Part shown: one piece after another, positions 19,851-30,048 of the stretch
Layout: every line of letters starts with the position of its first letter
Numbering within the stretch: the first letter of the stretch is position 1
Assembly: GCA_964361405.1 (NCBI GenBank)
Contig: CAYIAA010000001.1
Span: forward strand, 84,917 to 148,916
Direction: 5' to 3'
Length of the DNA: 64,000 nucleotides
Source of the DNA: an uncultured Candidatus Saccharibacteria bacterium
Lineage (GTDB): Bacteria; Patescibacteriota; Minisyncoccia; Phycocordibacterales; UBA3531
Position numbers and translations under genes: made by a program
The notes under the pieces: model-generated
What the model was told of the DNA's origin: nothing
The model's database searches: none
Seen by the model: the letters and a program-made list of their open reading frames with translations, nothing else

Positions 19851-22800
19851 TCAGCCCTCGGGCGTAGATTCTACGGGCGAGCCCATAGGTGATTCAATCA
19901 ATGTGATATTTTCTGCGATAATGGAGGGCGATCCGCCGCGCATTGAGAGCCGACCGGAGACTGTGACACAGCGGTCGGGCACAACATTCCGATCTACTGC
20001 GGTGAATGTTTTTGGGAACACTACGACTTCAATGTTGTCACGTTCATCGGACATCCGAACGAAGGCCATACGTTCTCCGCGTCGCGTCGTGACGCGTTTG
20101 ACCTCGTCAATCGTCGCGAGGAATGTAACTGGGCGTCCGTCGGATTCGTCTTTAAGCCCGGTGATGTCATGACTTCCTTTTGTTGAACCTCCGATTATGG
20201 CGAGCGGGTGCCCGGAGACATACAGGCCAAGGAGCTCTTTTTCCCACGTGAGCTTTTGAAGTATGGATGGAGGAGTCGCTTTTTTTAGTTTCAGTTTCGG
20301 GATTGAACTTACATCACTGATTAAACCGAAGAGCGAACTTTGATCGGGTGAATCTTTGAGACGTTCGCGGTTGTACGAGAGGGCTTCGTCGATATTCGCG
20401 AGCATCTCGGCACGTTCACCCAAAGAATCCATTGACCCACTTCGAACGAGCGATTCGAGGGATTTTTTGTTTAAATTTTTGTGTTGTACCCGGTCGAGAT
20501 AATCAGTGAAGTCGGTGAATTTGCCTTTTTCTTCCCGTTCCTCTATGATCGCCGATGATATTTCTGTGCCGAGATTTTTTATGGAAAACAATCCGAATCT
20601 GATGCTCTCTGAAGCGGTATTTTTTCCGACGACGGTGAAATCGCCGTAACTCTCGTTGACATCCGGGGGAAGTACGGGAATACCCATTCTCCGGCACTCG
20701 CTGATAACGCGTGAAACCTCATCCATGTTGCCCGACTCCGCGGAGAGGAGCGATGTCATATAGAGAACGGGAAAATTCGCTTTCATGTATGCAGTCTGAT
20801 AGGCAACCCTGCCATAACAGGCGGCATGCGCTTTATTGAATCCATAGGCGGCGAAAGGTTCGATGAGAAGCCAAAGATGGTTTGAGTCAAGAGCACTCAT
20901 ACCACCCTTTTGACAACCGGTGATAAATGCTTCTTTTTGTTCATTCATGACGGCGGGGATTTTCTTTCCCATTGCCTTTCTGAACTTATCGGCTTCACCC
21001 CACGAATATCCGGCAAGTTTGATTGCAATCAACATCACGTCGTCTTGATACGTAATGACTCCAAAACTATCTTCCAATATCTCGCGCATTCGCGGGTCGA
21101 GGTAGGTGACGAGTTTTGGGTTGTGCTTGCGCCGGATATATTCGGGAATCAATTCCAAAGGCCCTGGCCGATAAAGTGCCACCATGGCGTTAATATCGTG
21201 AATGGTATTTGGTTTCAATTCTTTTAAATATCTCGTCATCCCCGACCCGCCGAGCTGGAATAACCCCATAGTTTCACCTGCGGCAAGAAGGGCATATGTT
21301 TTCTTGTCATCAAGCGGAATTTCTTCGATGTCCACGTCGACGCCCTTCATCTCCCTCGCGAGCCGAACCGCATTCTCAAGAATGGCGAGATTTTTAATAC
21401 CCAGGAAATCGAATTTCAGAAGCCCTATATTTTCGACTGCGTGCATATCGTACTGTGTGATGACCTTATCGCCGTTGGGTTCGCGCTGGAGCGGCACATA
21501 TTCAGTTAAGGGTTCGGGCGTAATGACGACACCTGCCGCATGCACCGAGACATGACGCACACACCCCTCGAGTTTTTTCGCGAGGTCAATGACTTCACGA
21601 ACTTCCTTATCTTCTTCATAGGAGCGGACAAGCTCGGGAGTCATCTTCATCGCAGTGTCGATTGTCATCGGAAATCCCTGTGAGCCAAAGGGAATGATTT
21701 TTGCAATCCTGTCTCCGACACCGTATGGATACCCGAGAGCACGTGCGACATCGCGCACTACGCCACGCGCCATCATGGTGCCAAAGGTACCAATCTGGGC
21801 CACTTTATCCGTGCCGTATTTTTCCTTCGCATACGCGAGCATTTCATCGCGGCGATTGTCGGCAAAATCCATGTCAATATCAGGAGCACTCGGTCTCTCT
21901 GGGTTCAAAAACCGTTCGAATGGAAGTTTATATTCAAGCGGATTTACGTTCGTGATTTTCGTCAAATAGGTTACGAGAGATCCTGCACAAGACCCGCGAA
22001 TCGTAGTGAAGATGCCATGATGACGGGCATAGTACATGAGATCGGCGACGACGAGGAAATAAGGGGCAAAACCTTTATCCTTGATGATTTTCAGTTCATA
22101 CTCGAGGCGATCCGTAATCTCTTTCGTCGTCTCAAGACCGCGCTCTGGTATACCCTCAAATGCGTATTTCCGAAGGCGTTCATCGTAATCCCGCTCCCCG
22201 GCAACTTTAAGGTCGGGGAATACCCAGCCACTCCGCGTAATTTCGAGATTACATATCCCCGCCACAAGTTCTGTATTTTTAATCGCGTCCGGAACATCTT
22301 CGAAATATGCGGCGGCAATTTCCGGTCCAATAAATGAAAAGTCGTCGTTTCCGGAGAAAAGACGTGTCGTATCATCGGCCATACTACTCGGCTGTATAGC
22401 GATGAGCGTTTTGTGAGCTTCTCTGTCTGCCGCATTTGGATAGTAGGATGAGTGAGTTGCAACCAAGGGCACGCCAGTACTTTCGGAGAGTGAAACGATT
22501 GCTTTCCTCACTTCATCGTGCCGTTCAAGATTCGGATGATGCATCACCTCGAGGAAAAAATAATCTTTACCGAAGATATTTTGATACGACTTGATTACCT
22601 CAAGCGCGCGCGAATTGTCCCTTGCCCAGAGTGCGCGTGCGACCTCCCCGTAGATGCCACCGGAGAGTGCGATGAGTCCACCGCGATATTCGTTCAAAAT
22701 ATCTTTGTCGATTCGCGGCTTACCCTGGTACAGACCTTCAAGTTGGCCTGCGGTGACGAGCTTTATCAGATTTTTATATCCTTCCATGTCGCGCGCGAGG

Positions 22801-23069
22801 AGGGTCAGGTGGAAAGTTCGGTTGTCGGGTTTGGGGTCGCGCTCAAAGCGTGAGTTCTCAGCGATATAGCAGTCGACGCCGATAATCGGCTTTATATTTT
22901 CGGCACGCGCTTTTTGATAGAACTCAATCGCGCCGTAGAGATTGCCGTGGTCGGTTAAGGCAAGAGAGGGCATTTTGTATCCTTTGGCAAGACGGATAAG
23001 ATCGTCAATTTTTGAGAGGCCGGTGAGCAAGCTATAATGGCTGTGCGTGTGAAGGTGGATGAACGGCAT
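19851..23069 (-). CDS. dnaE: DNA polymerase III alpha subunit
   Basis: FIHLHTHSHYS PHP domain, FERFLNPER, PDIDMDF, YGFNKAH; start at MPFIH. Confidence 0.97.
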   Translation of the reverse strand: MPFIHLHTHSHYSLLTGLSKIDDLIRLAKGYKMPSLALTDHGNLYGAIEFYQKARAENIKPIIGVDCYIAENSRFERDPKPDNRTFHLTLLARDMEGYKNLIKLVTAGQLEGLYQGKPRIDKDILNEYRGGLIALSGGIYGEVARALWARDNSRALEVIKSYQNIFGKDYFFLEVMHHPNLERHDEVRKAIVSLSESTGVPLVATHSSYYPNAADREAHKTLIAIQPSSMADDTTRLFSGNDDFSFIGPEIAAAYFEDVPDAIKNTELVAGICNLEITRSGWVFPDLKVAGERDYDERLRKYAFEGIPERGLETTKEITDRLEYELKIIKDKGFAPYFLVVADLMYYARHHGIFTTIRGSCAGSLVTYLTKITNVNPLEYKLPFERFLNPERPSAPDIDMDFADNRRDEMLAYAKEKYGTDKVAQIGTFGTMMARGVVRDVARALGYPYGVGDRIAKIIPFGSQGFPMTIDTAMKMTPELVRSYEEDKEVREVIDLAKKLEGCVRHVSVHAAGVVITPEPLTEYVPLQREPNGDKVITQYDMHAVENIGLLKFDFLGIKNLAILENAVRLAREMKGVDVDIEEIPLDDKKTYALLAAGETMGLFQLGGSGMTRYLKELKPNTIHDINAMVALYRPGPLELIPEYIRRKHNPKLVTYLDPRMREILEDSFGVITYQDDVMLIAIKLAGYSWGEADKFRKAMGKKIPAVMNEQKEAFITGCQKGGMSALDSNHLWLLIEPFAAYGFNKAHAACYGRVAYQTAYMKANFPVLYMTSLLSAESGNMDEVSRVISECRRMGIPVLPPDVNESYGDFTVVGKNTASESIRFGLFSIKNLGTEISSAIIEEREEKGKFTDFTDYLDRVQHKNLNKKSLESLVRSGSMDSLGERAEMLANIDEALSYNRERLKDSPDQSSLFGLISDVSSIPKLKLKKATPPSILQKLTWEKELLGLYVSGHPLAIIGGSTKGSHDITGLKDESDGRPVTFLATIDEVKRVTTRRGERMAFVRMSDERDNIEVVVFPKTFTAVDRNVVPDRCVTVSGRLSMRGGSPSIIAENITLIESPMGSPVESTPEG

Positions 23070-23092
23070 AGCGTGATTATAGCAAGTCTCAG

Positions 23093-23701
23093 ATGAAGAA
23101 AACGAAAAAATATTTTTCCTACGCTGTGGGTATTGATGAAGCTGGAAGAGGACCACTTGCAGGACCCGTCTCCGTCGCGGCGGCGATACTTCGAGTAGAG
23201 TCGAGAAAACCTCACTTCTGGCCGGAGGTAAAAGATTCGAAGAAATTAAACTCCGCTATGCGCGAGAGACTCTATCGACTTGCCGAGCTCGAACGAAAGA
23301 AAGGAACACTTGATTTTACCTCCACATTAGTCGGCGAGGCGAAAATCGATGAGCTTGGTATCGTAGAAGCGGTCCGAATTGGCATAAGGCGCTGTCTCAA
23401 TCGCCTCGCCACCCCTCCCGAGCAATCGATTATATTTCTTGACGGAGGCCTCCGGGCGCCAGGGAAATATCTCTATCAGAAGACATTAATCGGCGGAGAG
23501 GAAAGGGAGAAGTTAATCGCTCTTGCGTCAATCGTAGCCAAGGTTTTGCGCGACAGAAAAATGGTTCGACTCTCCAAAAATTATCCGAAATACGGTTTCC
23601 ATATACATAAGGGGTATGGCACAGCCCTCCACATTCGGGCGCTCAGGCGCCACGGCGCTTCCCCGATCCACCGAAAAACATTTGTGAAAAAATTCACTTG
23701 A
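23093..23701 (+). CDS. rnhB: Ribonuclease HII
   Basis: [32 protein letters not shown]. Confidence 0.95.
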   Translation: MKKTKKYFSYAVGIDEAGRGPLAGPVSVAAAILRVESRKPHFWPEVKDSKKLNSAMRERLYRLAELERKKGTLDFTSTLVGEAKIDELGIVEAVRIGIRRCLNRLATPPEQSIIFLDGGLRAPGKYLYQKTLIGGEEREKLIALASIVAKVLRDRKMVRLSKNYPKYGFHIHKGYGTALHIRALRRHGASPIHRKTFVKKFT

Positions 23702-23765
23702 TTTTTTGAGACCGCTTTCGTTTATAATTGCGTTTTATAGGGTTTTTGCTATACTCGGAGGTGTT

Positions 23766-24038
23766 ATGTCAGTCCGGATGAGACATACGCGCGCCCATAC
23801 GCGCAATAGGAGGTCTCACCACGCGCTTGAAGGAGTGCGACTTTCCCGCTGTATAAAGTGTGGGGCAGAGCACCGACGGCACACTATGTGCTTGAACTGC
23901 GGTACCTATCGGGGCAAGGAGGTAGTTGACGTACTCGCGAAACTCGGGAAGAAAGAGCGAAAGCTAAAAGAGCGCGAGCTCGAGCGTGGAGAAGAGGAGA
24001 GGAAAGGGACAAACCAAATAGAACTTTCAAAAAAATAG
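23766..24038 (+). CDS. rpmF: 50S ribosomal protein L32
   Basis: RRSHHAL, CIKCG...[12 protein letters not shown]; start at MSVRM. Confidence 0.92.
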   Translation: MSVRMRHTRAHTRNRRSHHALEGVRLSRCIKCGAEHRRHTMCLNCGTYRGKEVVDVLAKLGKKERKLKERELERGEEERKGTNQIELSKK

Positions 24039-24075
24039 ATTATAGCACCCGAGGCACGGGTATGTATGTTGACAA

Positions 24076-24969
24076 ATGGCTAATCGGCATTTAGCGCGGA
24101 GTATAGTTCTGCAATCTCTCTTTGAGTGGGACTTCAAAGAGGGTAAAGACGCGAACATTTCGTTTATCGTTGAGAATAACGCGCATGAGTTTGGTCCGGG
24201 ACTCCCCGACATTTTGTTCGTGAGGTCGCTCGTGGAGAGCATCATGAAAAAACGGGAAAAGCTCGATGCCGTTATTGAGAGTTCCGCCCCGGAGTGGCCA
24301 ATCGACCGCATTTCCATAGTGGATAGAAATGTGCTCCGCATCGGGCTCTACGAGCTTCTGTATGCGGACCGAGCCGAAGTTCCGGCAAAAGTAGCCATTA
24401 ACGAAGCTATTGAACTCGCAAAGACATTCGGCGGGGAAAATAGCGGCAGATTCATTAACGGAGTGCTCGGCACCGTTTACAAGGAACTCGGAGAGCCGGG
24501 GAAAGATGAACGCGGCAAGCGCACCCTAGAAGATCCATCAAAGATGCCGCGAGAGATCCTCGGTGGAGCTCTCGTGTATCGGCATATCACGGGCGGCGGG
24601 GTTATGGTAGCCTTGGTGCACGATGTTTTCGGGTATTGGACCCTCTCGAAAGGTCACATTGAATCCGAAGAGGACGAGCGCATGGGAGCCGCTCGGGAAA
24701 TACGTGAAGAGCTCGGCGTCGATGTTACGATTGGAGAGAAGATAGGAGAAAACGAATACACGGCGTCCGATCCGGAAAAAGGGAAGCTCCGCAAGCATGT
24801 TTCGTACTTTTTAGCCGAAACCCAGGATACCGAGCTCAAACTTCACTCTGGAGGGGGACTCGTCGAGGCAAAATGGTTTTCACTCGATGATCTCTCCGAC
24901 CTTAAAATTTATGATGACATTCTCCCTATTATCACTACCGGAGTGAAAATGTTGTTCTCTCATCCTTAA
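24076..24969 (+). CDS. nusB: NusB antitermination factor fused to a Nudix hydrolase
   Basis: RHLAR, DRNVLR, VAINEAIELAKTFG, FINGVLG; C-terminal Nudix box GHIESEEDERMGAAREIREELGV. Confidence 0.92.
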   Translation: MANRHLARSIVLQSLFEWDFKEGKDANISFIVENNAHEFGPGLPDILFVRSLVESIMKKREKLDAVIESSAPEWPIDRISIVDRNVLRIGLYELLYADRAEVPAKVAINEAIELAKTFGGENSGRFINGVLGTVYKELGEPGKDERGKRTLEDPSKMPREILGGALVYRHITGGGVMVALVHDVFGYWTLSKGHIESEEDERMGAAREIREELGVDVTIGEKIGENEYTASDPEKGKLRKHVSYFLAETQDTELKLHSGGGLVEAKWFSLDDLSDLKIYDDILPIITTGVKMLFSHP

Positions 24970-24982
24970 TCTATTCGCCGCC

Positions 24983-25684
24983 ATGCACAGTGAAGTCAGT
25001 CTGAATGAGTTTGAAAAAAAAATAAGCATCACATTCAAAAATAAGGATTTACTTCTTCAAGCCTTTACGCACCGATCATACTTGAATGAGCATCCGGAAT
25101 CGCGAATTCGTGACAATGAACGCCTTGAGTTTCTCGGAGACGCCGTACTTGAGCTCGCTACCACGACGTTTCTCTATGATCGTTTCACCGATAAAGCCGA
25201 AGGAGAGTTGACGGGGCTTCGGGCGGCATTGGTGAATACCCGCCAGCTTGCGGTGTGTGCTCGGGAGTTGGGGTTGAACGGTTACCTCCGTCTCTCGCGC
25301 GGAGAGATGAGGGATGAGGGCCGCGCTCGGGATGTTATTTTGGCAAACGCGCTTGAGGCACTTCTCGGGGCAATTTATCTCGATCAAGGATACGGAGCGG
25401 CACGCGATTTTATCGCGGTGGAGCTCTTCGGGCGTATTGACGACATTGTGACGCGAGGGCTCTGGCTTGACCCGAAGAGCCGTTTTCAAGAGCGTGCGCA
25501 AGAGATATTTGGACTGACGCCGAGTTACCGGGTACTCCGCGAGTCGGGCCCCGATCATTCGAAACAATTTACCGTGGGATTATTTCTTGGCGAAGAGGAA
25601 GTTGCACAGGGTATCGGAAGTTCAAAACAGGAGGCCGAAGAATACGCCGCGCGCGAAGGGCTTATACGAAAGAGTTGGACCTAA
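24983..25684 (+). CDS. rnc: Ribonuclease III
   Basis: NERLEFLGDAVL signature; C-terminal dsRBD. Confidence 0.96.
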   Translation: MHSEVSLNEFEKKISITFKNKDLLLQAFTHRSYLNEHPESRIRDNERLEFLGDAVLELATTTFLYDRFTDKAEGELTGLRAALVNTRQLAVCARELGLNGYLRLSRGEMRDEGRARDVILANALEALLGAIYLDQGYGAARDFIAVELFGRIDDIVTRGLWLDPKSRFQERAQEIFGLTPSYRVLRESGPDHSKQFTVGLFLGEEEVAQGIGSSKQEAEEYAAREGLIRKSWT

Positions 25685-25709
25685 AGATTAGTGGTACGAA
25701 GGAGAGTAT

Positions 25710-27932
25710 ATGTATCTTCGCGGACTAGAACTCATCGGATTCAAATCGTTTGCAAAAAAAACGATTTTTTCATTTACGTCACCGATTACCGCTATCGTGG
25801 GACCGAATGGTTCGGGAAAATCGAATGTAGCGGAAGCTTTCAGATGGAGCCTTGGCGAGCAGTCTATGAAAGCCCTTCGCGGGAAAAAAGGTGAAGATCT
25901 TATTTGGAACGGGTCACCAGGTGCTCCGCGCACGAATCGCGCGAGCGTTGTGCTTACATTTGAGAACGAAGGAAAACAGTTTCCGATTGATTTTGATACG
26001 GTGACCATTGCACGCGAAGTGTATCGGGACGGAACAAACGACTATTCAATCAACGGGAGCAAGGTGCGTCTCCGCGATGTGGCTGAGCTCCTCTCTGGAG
26101 TATCTATCGGTGGATCGGGGCACCATATCATAAGCCAGGGCGAGGCAGACAGAATTCTTAGAGCGAATCCGTCAGAGCGTCGGGCCATGGTTCACGATGC
26201 GCTCGGACTCAAAATTTACCACTGGAAACTCTCGGAGAGCGAGAAAAAACTTGCGAAAACGAAAGAGAATCTCGAGAAAGCGGAATCGCTCCGGAAAGAA
26301 GTGAGCGGTCATTTGAGATTTTTGAAGGGCGAAGTTGAAAAGATGGAGCATTCACGGCAAATCCGCGAAGAGCTCGGAGTTTTATACCGAGAATATCTCG
26401 CTCTTGAGGCAAGCTATCTCGAGCATATGAGTGAAGAGCTCCAAGGACGAGAAGAGGAACCCACGCGGGAACTAAGAGTCCTCGAGGAGGAGATTAAAAG
26501 CGCAGAAAAAGCGGCTGGAGGACTCACGGAGAATAAAGCGGAAGGAGGTGTAAGAGAAATCGAAGGAAGCATTGAAATATTACGGCGAGAGAAAGACGAA
26601 CTTGGGCGGAAACTCGGCAAACTCGAAGGCATGCTCGAGTTTTCGAAGAAAGGCACAGCAAACCCGCACGCTTCAGAGCGTGCGGACCAAGGGTTGGTGC
26701 GCGCTCTAGACGTCAGGGTGTTTGCGAGTGAAATCACGTCAATCCTCGGAGAAATCGAGGATACCGAATCGATTGAAGGCGCTCACAAGCTCGTTTCGCG
26801 GGCGAAGAGCGCAATATCGCGGTTCTTGAATAAAATGACAGCACCGGCGGGGGGCGAGGATGAAGGTACGGAAGATACTGGAATGCTCGGTGAACTTGAA
26901 GAAGAAAGAGCACACCTTGAGGAGGAGCTCAAACGGATTATCGAACGTGAGGAAGAATTACTCGCTCATCGCGAGCGAATCCGCGAAGGTGAGCGCGAAT
27001 CACTCTCTCGCGTAAGGGAGATGGACCGGCGTCTCTATGAGGGGCGTGAACGGCGAATCGCTCTTCACGGAGCGCTCGAAGCGATTAAATTTGAACGAGA
27101 GAAACTTGCGATTGAAGAGGCTGATTTTGAACGAGAAAAGGCAGAGGCCCGATCGTTTGTCGGAAGTAGTTCTCTCGAGGAAGGGAAACCACAAGGCACC
27201 ACCCATGTGTTTGAAGAGAGGATAAAACAAACTGAAAGGCGCAAAAAAATCGAGCGACTTAAGGTGAAACTTGAAGATGCTGGCCCTTTTAACGAAGCTC
27301 TTGCAAAAGAATATCAAGAAGTGTCGGAGAGGAGCGCATATCTCCTCAAGGAGATGAGCGACCTTACCGAAAGTACTGTGTCGCTTAAAAAACTGATTGA
27401 GGATTTGCATATCGAGCTCGACAAAAAATTCACGGATGGTATTGCCAAAGTGAATGAAGAGTTTAAAAATTTTTTCTCCCCACTCTTCGGAGGAGGAGAT
27501 GCATCTCTTAGAGTTATTGGGAGGAAAAGTTCCCAGGCACGGCATGAAGAAGAGGAAGGAGATGAAGAAAATGAAGAAGAGGGGATTGACATTAAGGTGA
27601 ATATCCCGCGCAAGAAAGTCCACGGGCTTGAAATGCTCTCTGGCGGCGAAAGAGCGCTCACGTCAATTGCCCTCCTTTTTGCCCTGACCCGGGTGTCTCC
27701 GCCGCCATTCCTCATTCTTGATGAAACTGACGCGGCACTTGATGAAGCAAATTCGAAGAAATATGCGGATATGCTGGAAGACCTTTCAAAGGTGTGCCAA
27801 CTCATTTTAATCACGCATAACCGCGAGACCATGTCTCGAGCCGGAGTGCTCTATGGAGTTACCATGGGATCCGATGGGGTGTCTCGACTCCTTTCGGTTA
27901 AGTTTGAAGAGGCCGTTAAGATTGCAAAATAA
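25710..27932 (+). CDS. smc: SMC-family ATPase, short (740 aa)
   Basis: GFKSF, GPNGSGKSN, LSGGE, FLILDETDAALD, ITH; coiled coils; follows rnc. Confidence 0.85.
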   Translation: MYLRGLELIGFKSFAKKTIFSFTSPITAIVGPNGSGKSNVAEAFRWSLGEQSMKALRGKKGEDLIWNGSPGAPRTNRASVVLTFENEGKQFPIDFDTVTIAREVYRDGTNDYSINGSKVRLRDVAELLSGVSIGGSGHHIISQGEADRILRANPSERRAMVHDALGLKIYHWKLSESEKKLAKTKENLEKAESLRKEVSGHLRFLKGEVEKMEHSRQIREELGVLYREYLALEASYLEHMSEELQGREEEPTRELRVLEEEIKSAEKAAGGLTENKAEGGVREIEGSIEILRREKDELGRKLGKLEGMLEFSKKGTANPHASERADQGLVRALDVRVFASEITSILGEIEDTESIEGAHKLVSRAKSAISRFLNKMTAPAGGEDEGTEDTGMLGELEEERAHLEEELKRIIEREEELLAHRERIREGERESLSRVREMDRRLYEGRERRIALHGALEAIKFEREKLAIEEADFEREKAEARSFVGSSSLEEGKPQGTTHVFEERIKQTERRKKIERLKVKLEDAGPFNEALAKEYQEVSERSAYLLKEMSDLTESTVSLKKLIEDLHIELDKKFTDGIAKVNEEFKNFFSPLFGGGDASLRVIGRKSSQARHEEEEGDEENEEEGIDIKVNIPRKKVHGLEMLSGGERALTSIALLFALTRVSPPPFLILDETDAALDEANSKKYADMLEDLSKVCQLILITHNRETMSRAGVLYGVTMGSDGVSRLLSVKFEEAVKIAK

Positions 27933-27947
27933 GCGCTCTTCTAGAAT

Positions 27948-29948
27948 TTAGGATGCGAGTACGTAGTCAATCTGCCGCCGCTCAAGGTTGGTCCGTTTAA
28001 TGCGGACTTGAATGGCATCTCCTAAGCGGTATACGCGTTTGTGACGGGTTCCCGTCACTGCAAGTTTTTTTTCATCAAAGATGTAGTAGTCGTCAGGAAG
28101 ATCTTTGAAGCTCACCATTCCTTCGGCGAGTGTTTTCTTTTCCTGAACAAAGAATCCCCACGGGGTTACGCGGGAAATGATTCCATCGAATGTTTTTCCG
28201 CCATGGCCCTCCATGAACTCAACCTGTTTATACTTGATGGATTCGCGCTCGGCTTCCTGGGCTCTCCGTTCGAGTTCCGAGCACTCGCGGGAAATCTCCT
28301 CGCATTCTTCATACTCCGAGAGAGGTACGATTTCGCCCGAGAGGTAGCGCATAAGGAGACGATGGACAATTAAATCCGGATAACGACGGATTGGGGAAGT
28401 GAAGTGGGTATAGGTCGGGAGAGCCAGCCCGAAGTGCCCTTTGTTTTCCGTAGTATAAAATGCCCGTTCCATGGTTTGGATCATCGCGGTTTGCACCAAA
28501 GCCTCTTCAGGTTTCCCAGCCGCTTCTTTGATGAGGTCATTTAATACATGTCTTCCCGATTCCCCGGGCGTGCGGCGGTACCCAAGCGCTTGGAGAAATC
28601 CAAAGAGGTCATTTAGTTTCTGCTGATTTGGGGAAGGGTGTACCCGATAGATGAAGGGAAGAGCTGCTTCACGGCCATCCTTTCCGGATTTCCGCGCGAC
28701 GAAGTCTGCGGTTCTATGGTTTGCGAGAAGCATAAACTCCTCGATTAGTTTGTGCGTATTGAGCCGCGCTTTCCGTGAGATGTCCACTGGTTTGTTGTCC
28801 GGCCCGAGAGTGATTTTGAGTTCCAAATCCTCAAAAGTGAGGGCGCCTGATTCCATCCTCCTCTCTCTAAGCGTTTTTGCAGTGGTCGAGAGAAGGTTCA
28901 ATTCTTCGTACCATTCGCCGCTCCCAGAGTCGATAAGTTTTTGAGCTTCTTCATAGCTGAATCGTCTATCGGACCGGATGATGGTTTTTCCAAACCATTC
29001 GTTTGTTACATGGAGCTGTTTATCGAGAGTGAAGAGAGCAGAGAAGGCGAACTTGTCTTCATTCGGGTTCAAACTACAAAGATCATTTGAAAGGCGCTCG
29101 GGGAGCATCGGTATGGTTCGATCGACAAGGTAAATTGACGTGCCCCGCCGGCGTGCCTCGAGATTGAGTGACGTCCCCGGCGCCACGTAGTGTGATACAT
29201 CGGCGACATGGACCCCGACTTCAAGCGCACCGTTCTCGAGCCGCCGCACCGAAAGCGCGTCATCAAAGTCTTTTGCATTTTCTGGATCGATGGTAGCGGT
29301 GCGGACACTCCGGAGATCTTTCCTGGCGCGGATGGATTCATCCCCACCTTCAGGGCCACTCAGTTTATCCGCCTCCTCAAGTACTTCACTCGGAAAATCG
29401 ATTTCAAAGTTTTTTTCGTAGACAATCGACATCATTTCGACATCGTGAATTCCAGGTTTCCCGATGATGCGCAGTACTTCGCCTATGGGGTCACGAAGCG
29501 GGTCATCCCATTCGAGTATTCGAGCAAGAATTTTTTCTCCGCCTTTGGCATCCCCAAGGTTTGCCTCGGGAATCAAAATATCGCGGTACATTCTCGAATC
29601 GTCGGGCACTAAGTAGAAGAAGTTATTTTTTTTCTCAAGTACGCCGACAAAGCGCGTTCGGAGACGTTTGATGATTTTTGCGACCTCTCCCATCGCAGAA
29701 CCGTCCTGTCGTGCCGAAGTAATGAAGACGAGAACTGTGTCGCCGTGGAGTGCGGTGTGAAGGAAGTTCGGGTCAATTTCGATTGATCGCTTCGTTTGTG
29801 CTCCTGGGTCGTCGAGGTAGCCGATCCCGGAGGAAGTTATCCGGATGGTTCCCGTTACTTCCCGCGTTGGCACCTTATGTTCCACCACACGCCTTTTTGG
29901 GTGTGCGTCCGGGCGCTCTCGATGGTCTCTTTGGGGATTCTTTTTCAT
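27948..29948 (-). CDS. rnr: Ribonuclease R
   Basis: TIDPENAKDFDDALS, HFTSPIRRYPD, C-terminal S1 domain; start at MKKNP. Confidence 0.93.
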   Translation of the reverse strand: MKKNPQRDHRERPDAHPKRRVVEHKVPTREVTGTIRITSSGIGYLDDPGAQTKRSIEIDPNFLHTALHGDTVLVFITSARQDGSAMGEVAKIIKRLRTRFVGVLEKKNNFFYLVPDDSRMYRDILIPEANLGDAKGGEKILARILEWDDPLRDPIGEVLRIIGKPGIHDVEMMSIVYEKNFEIDFPSEVLEEADKLSGPEGGDESIRARKDLRSVRTATIDPENAKDFDDALSVRRLENGALEVGVHVADVSHYVAPGTSLNLEARRRGTSIYLVDRTIPMLPERLSNDLCSLNPNEDKFAFSALFTLDKQLHVTNEWFGKTIIRSDRRFSYEEAQKLIDSGSGEWYEELNLLSTTAKTLRERRMESGALTFEDLELKITLGPDNKPVDISRKARLNTHKLIEEFMLLANHRTADFVARKSGKDGREAALPFIYRVHPSPNQQKLNDLFGFLQALGYRRTPGESGRHVLNDLIKEAAGKPEEALVQTAMIQTMERAFYTTENKGHFGLALPTYTHFTSPIRRYPDLIVHRLLMRYLSGEIVPLSEYEECEEISRECSELERRAQEAERESIKYKQVEFMEGHGGKTFDGIISRVTPWGFFVQEKKTLAEGMVSFKDLPDDYYIFDEKKLAVTGTRHKRVYRLGDAIQVRIKRTNLERRQIDYVLAS

Positions 29949-30048
29949 CAGGGGATGATTATAGCATGGCACTATGGCGATGGGTACTGACTCTATTGCG
30001 CACCTCGGTTTTTTCTGGTATGGTGCGCCCACCTGAGGGTTACTGCCT

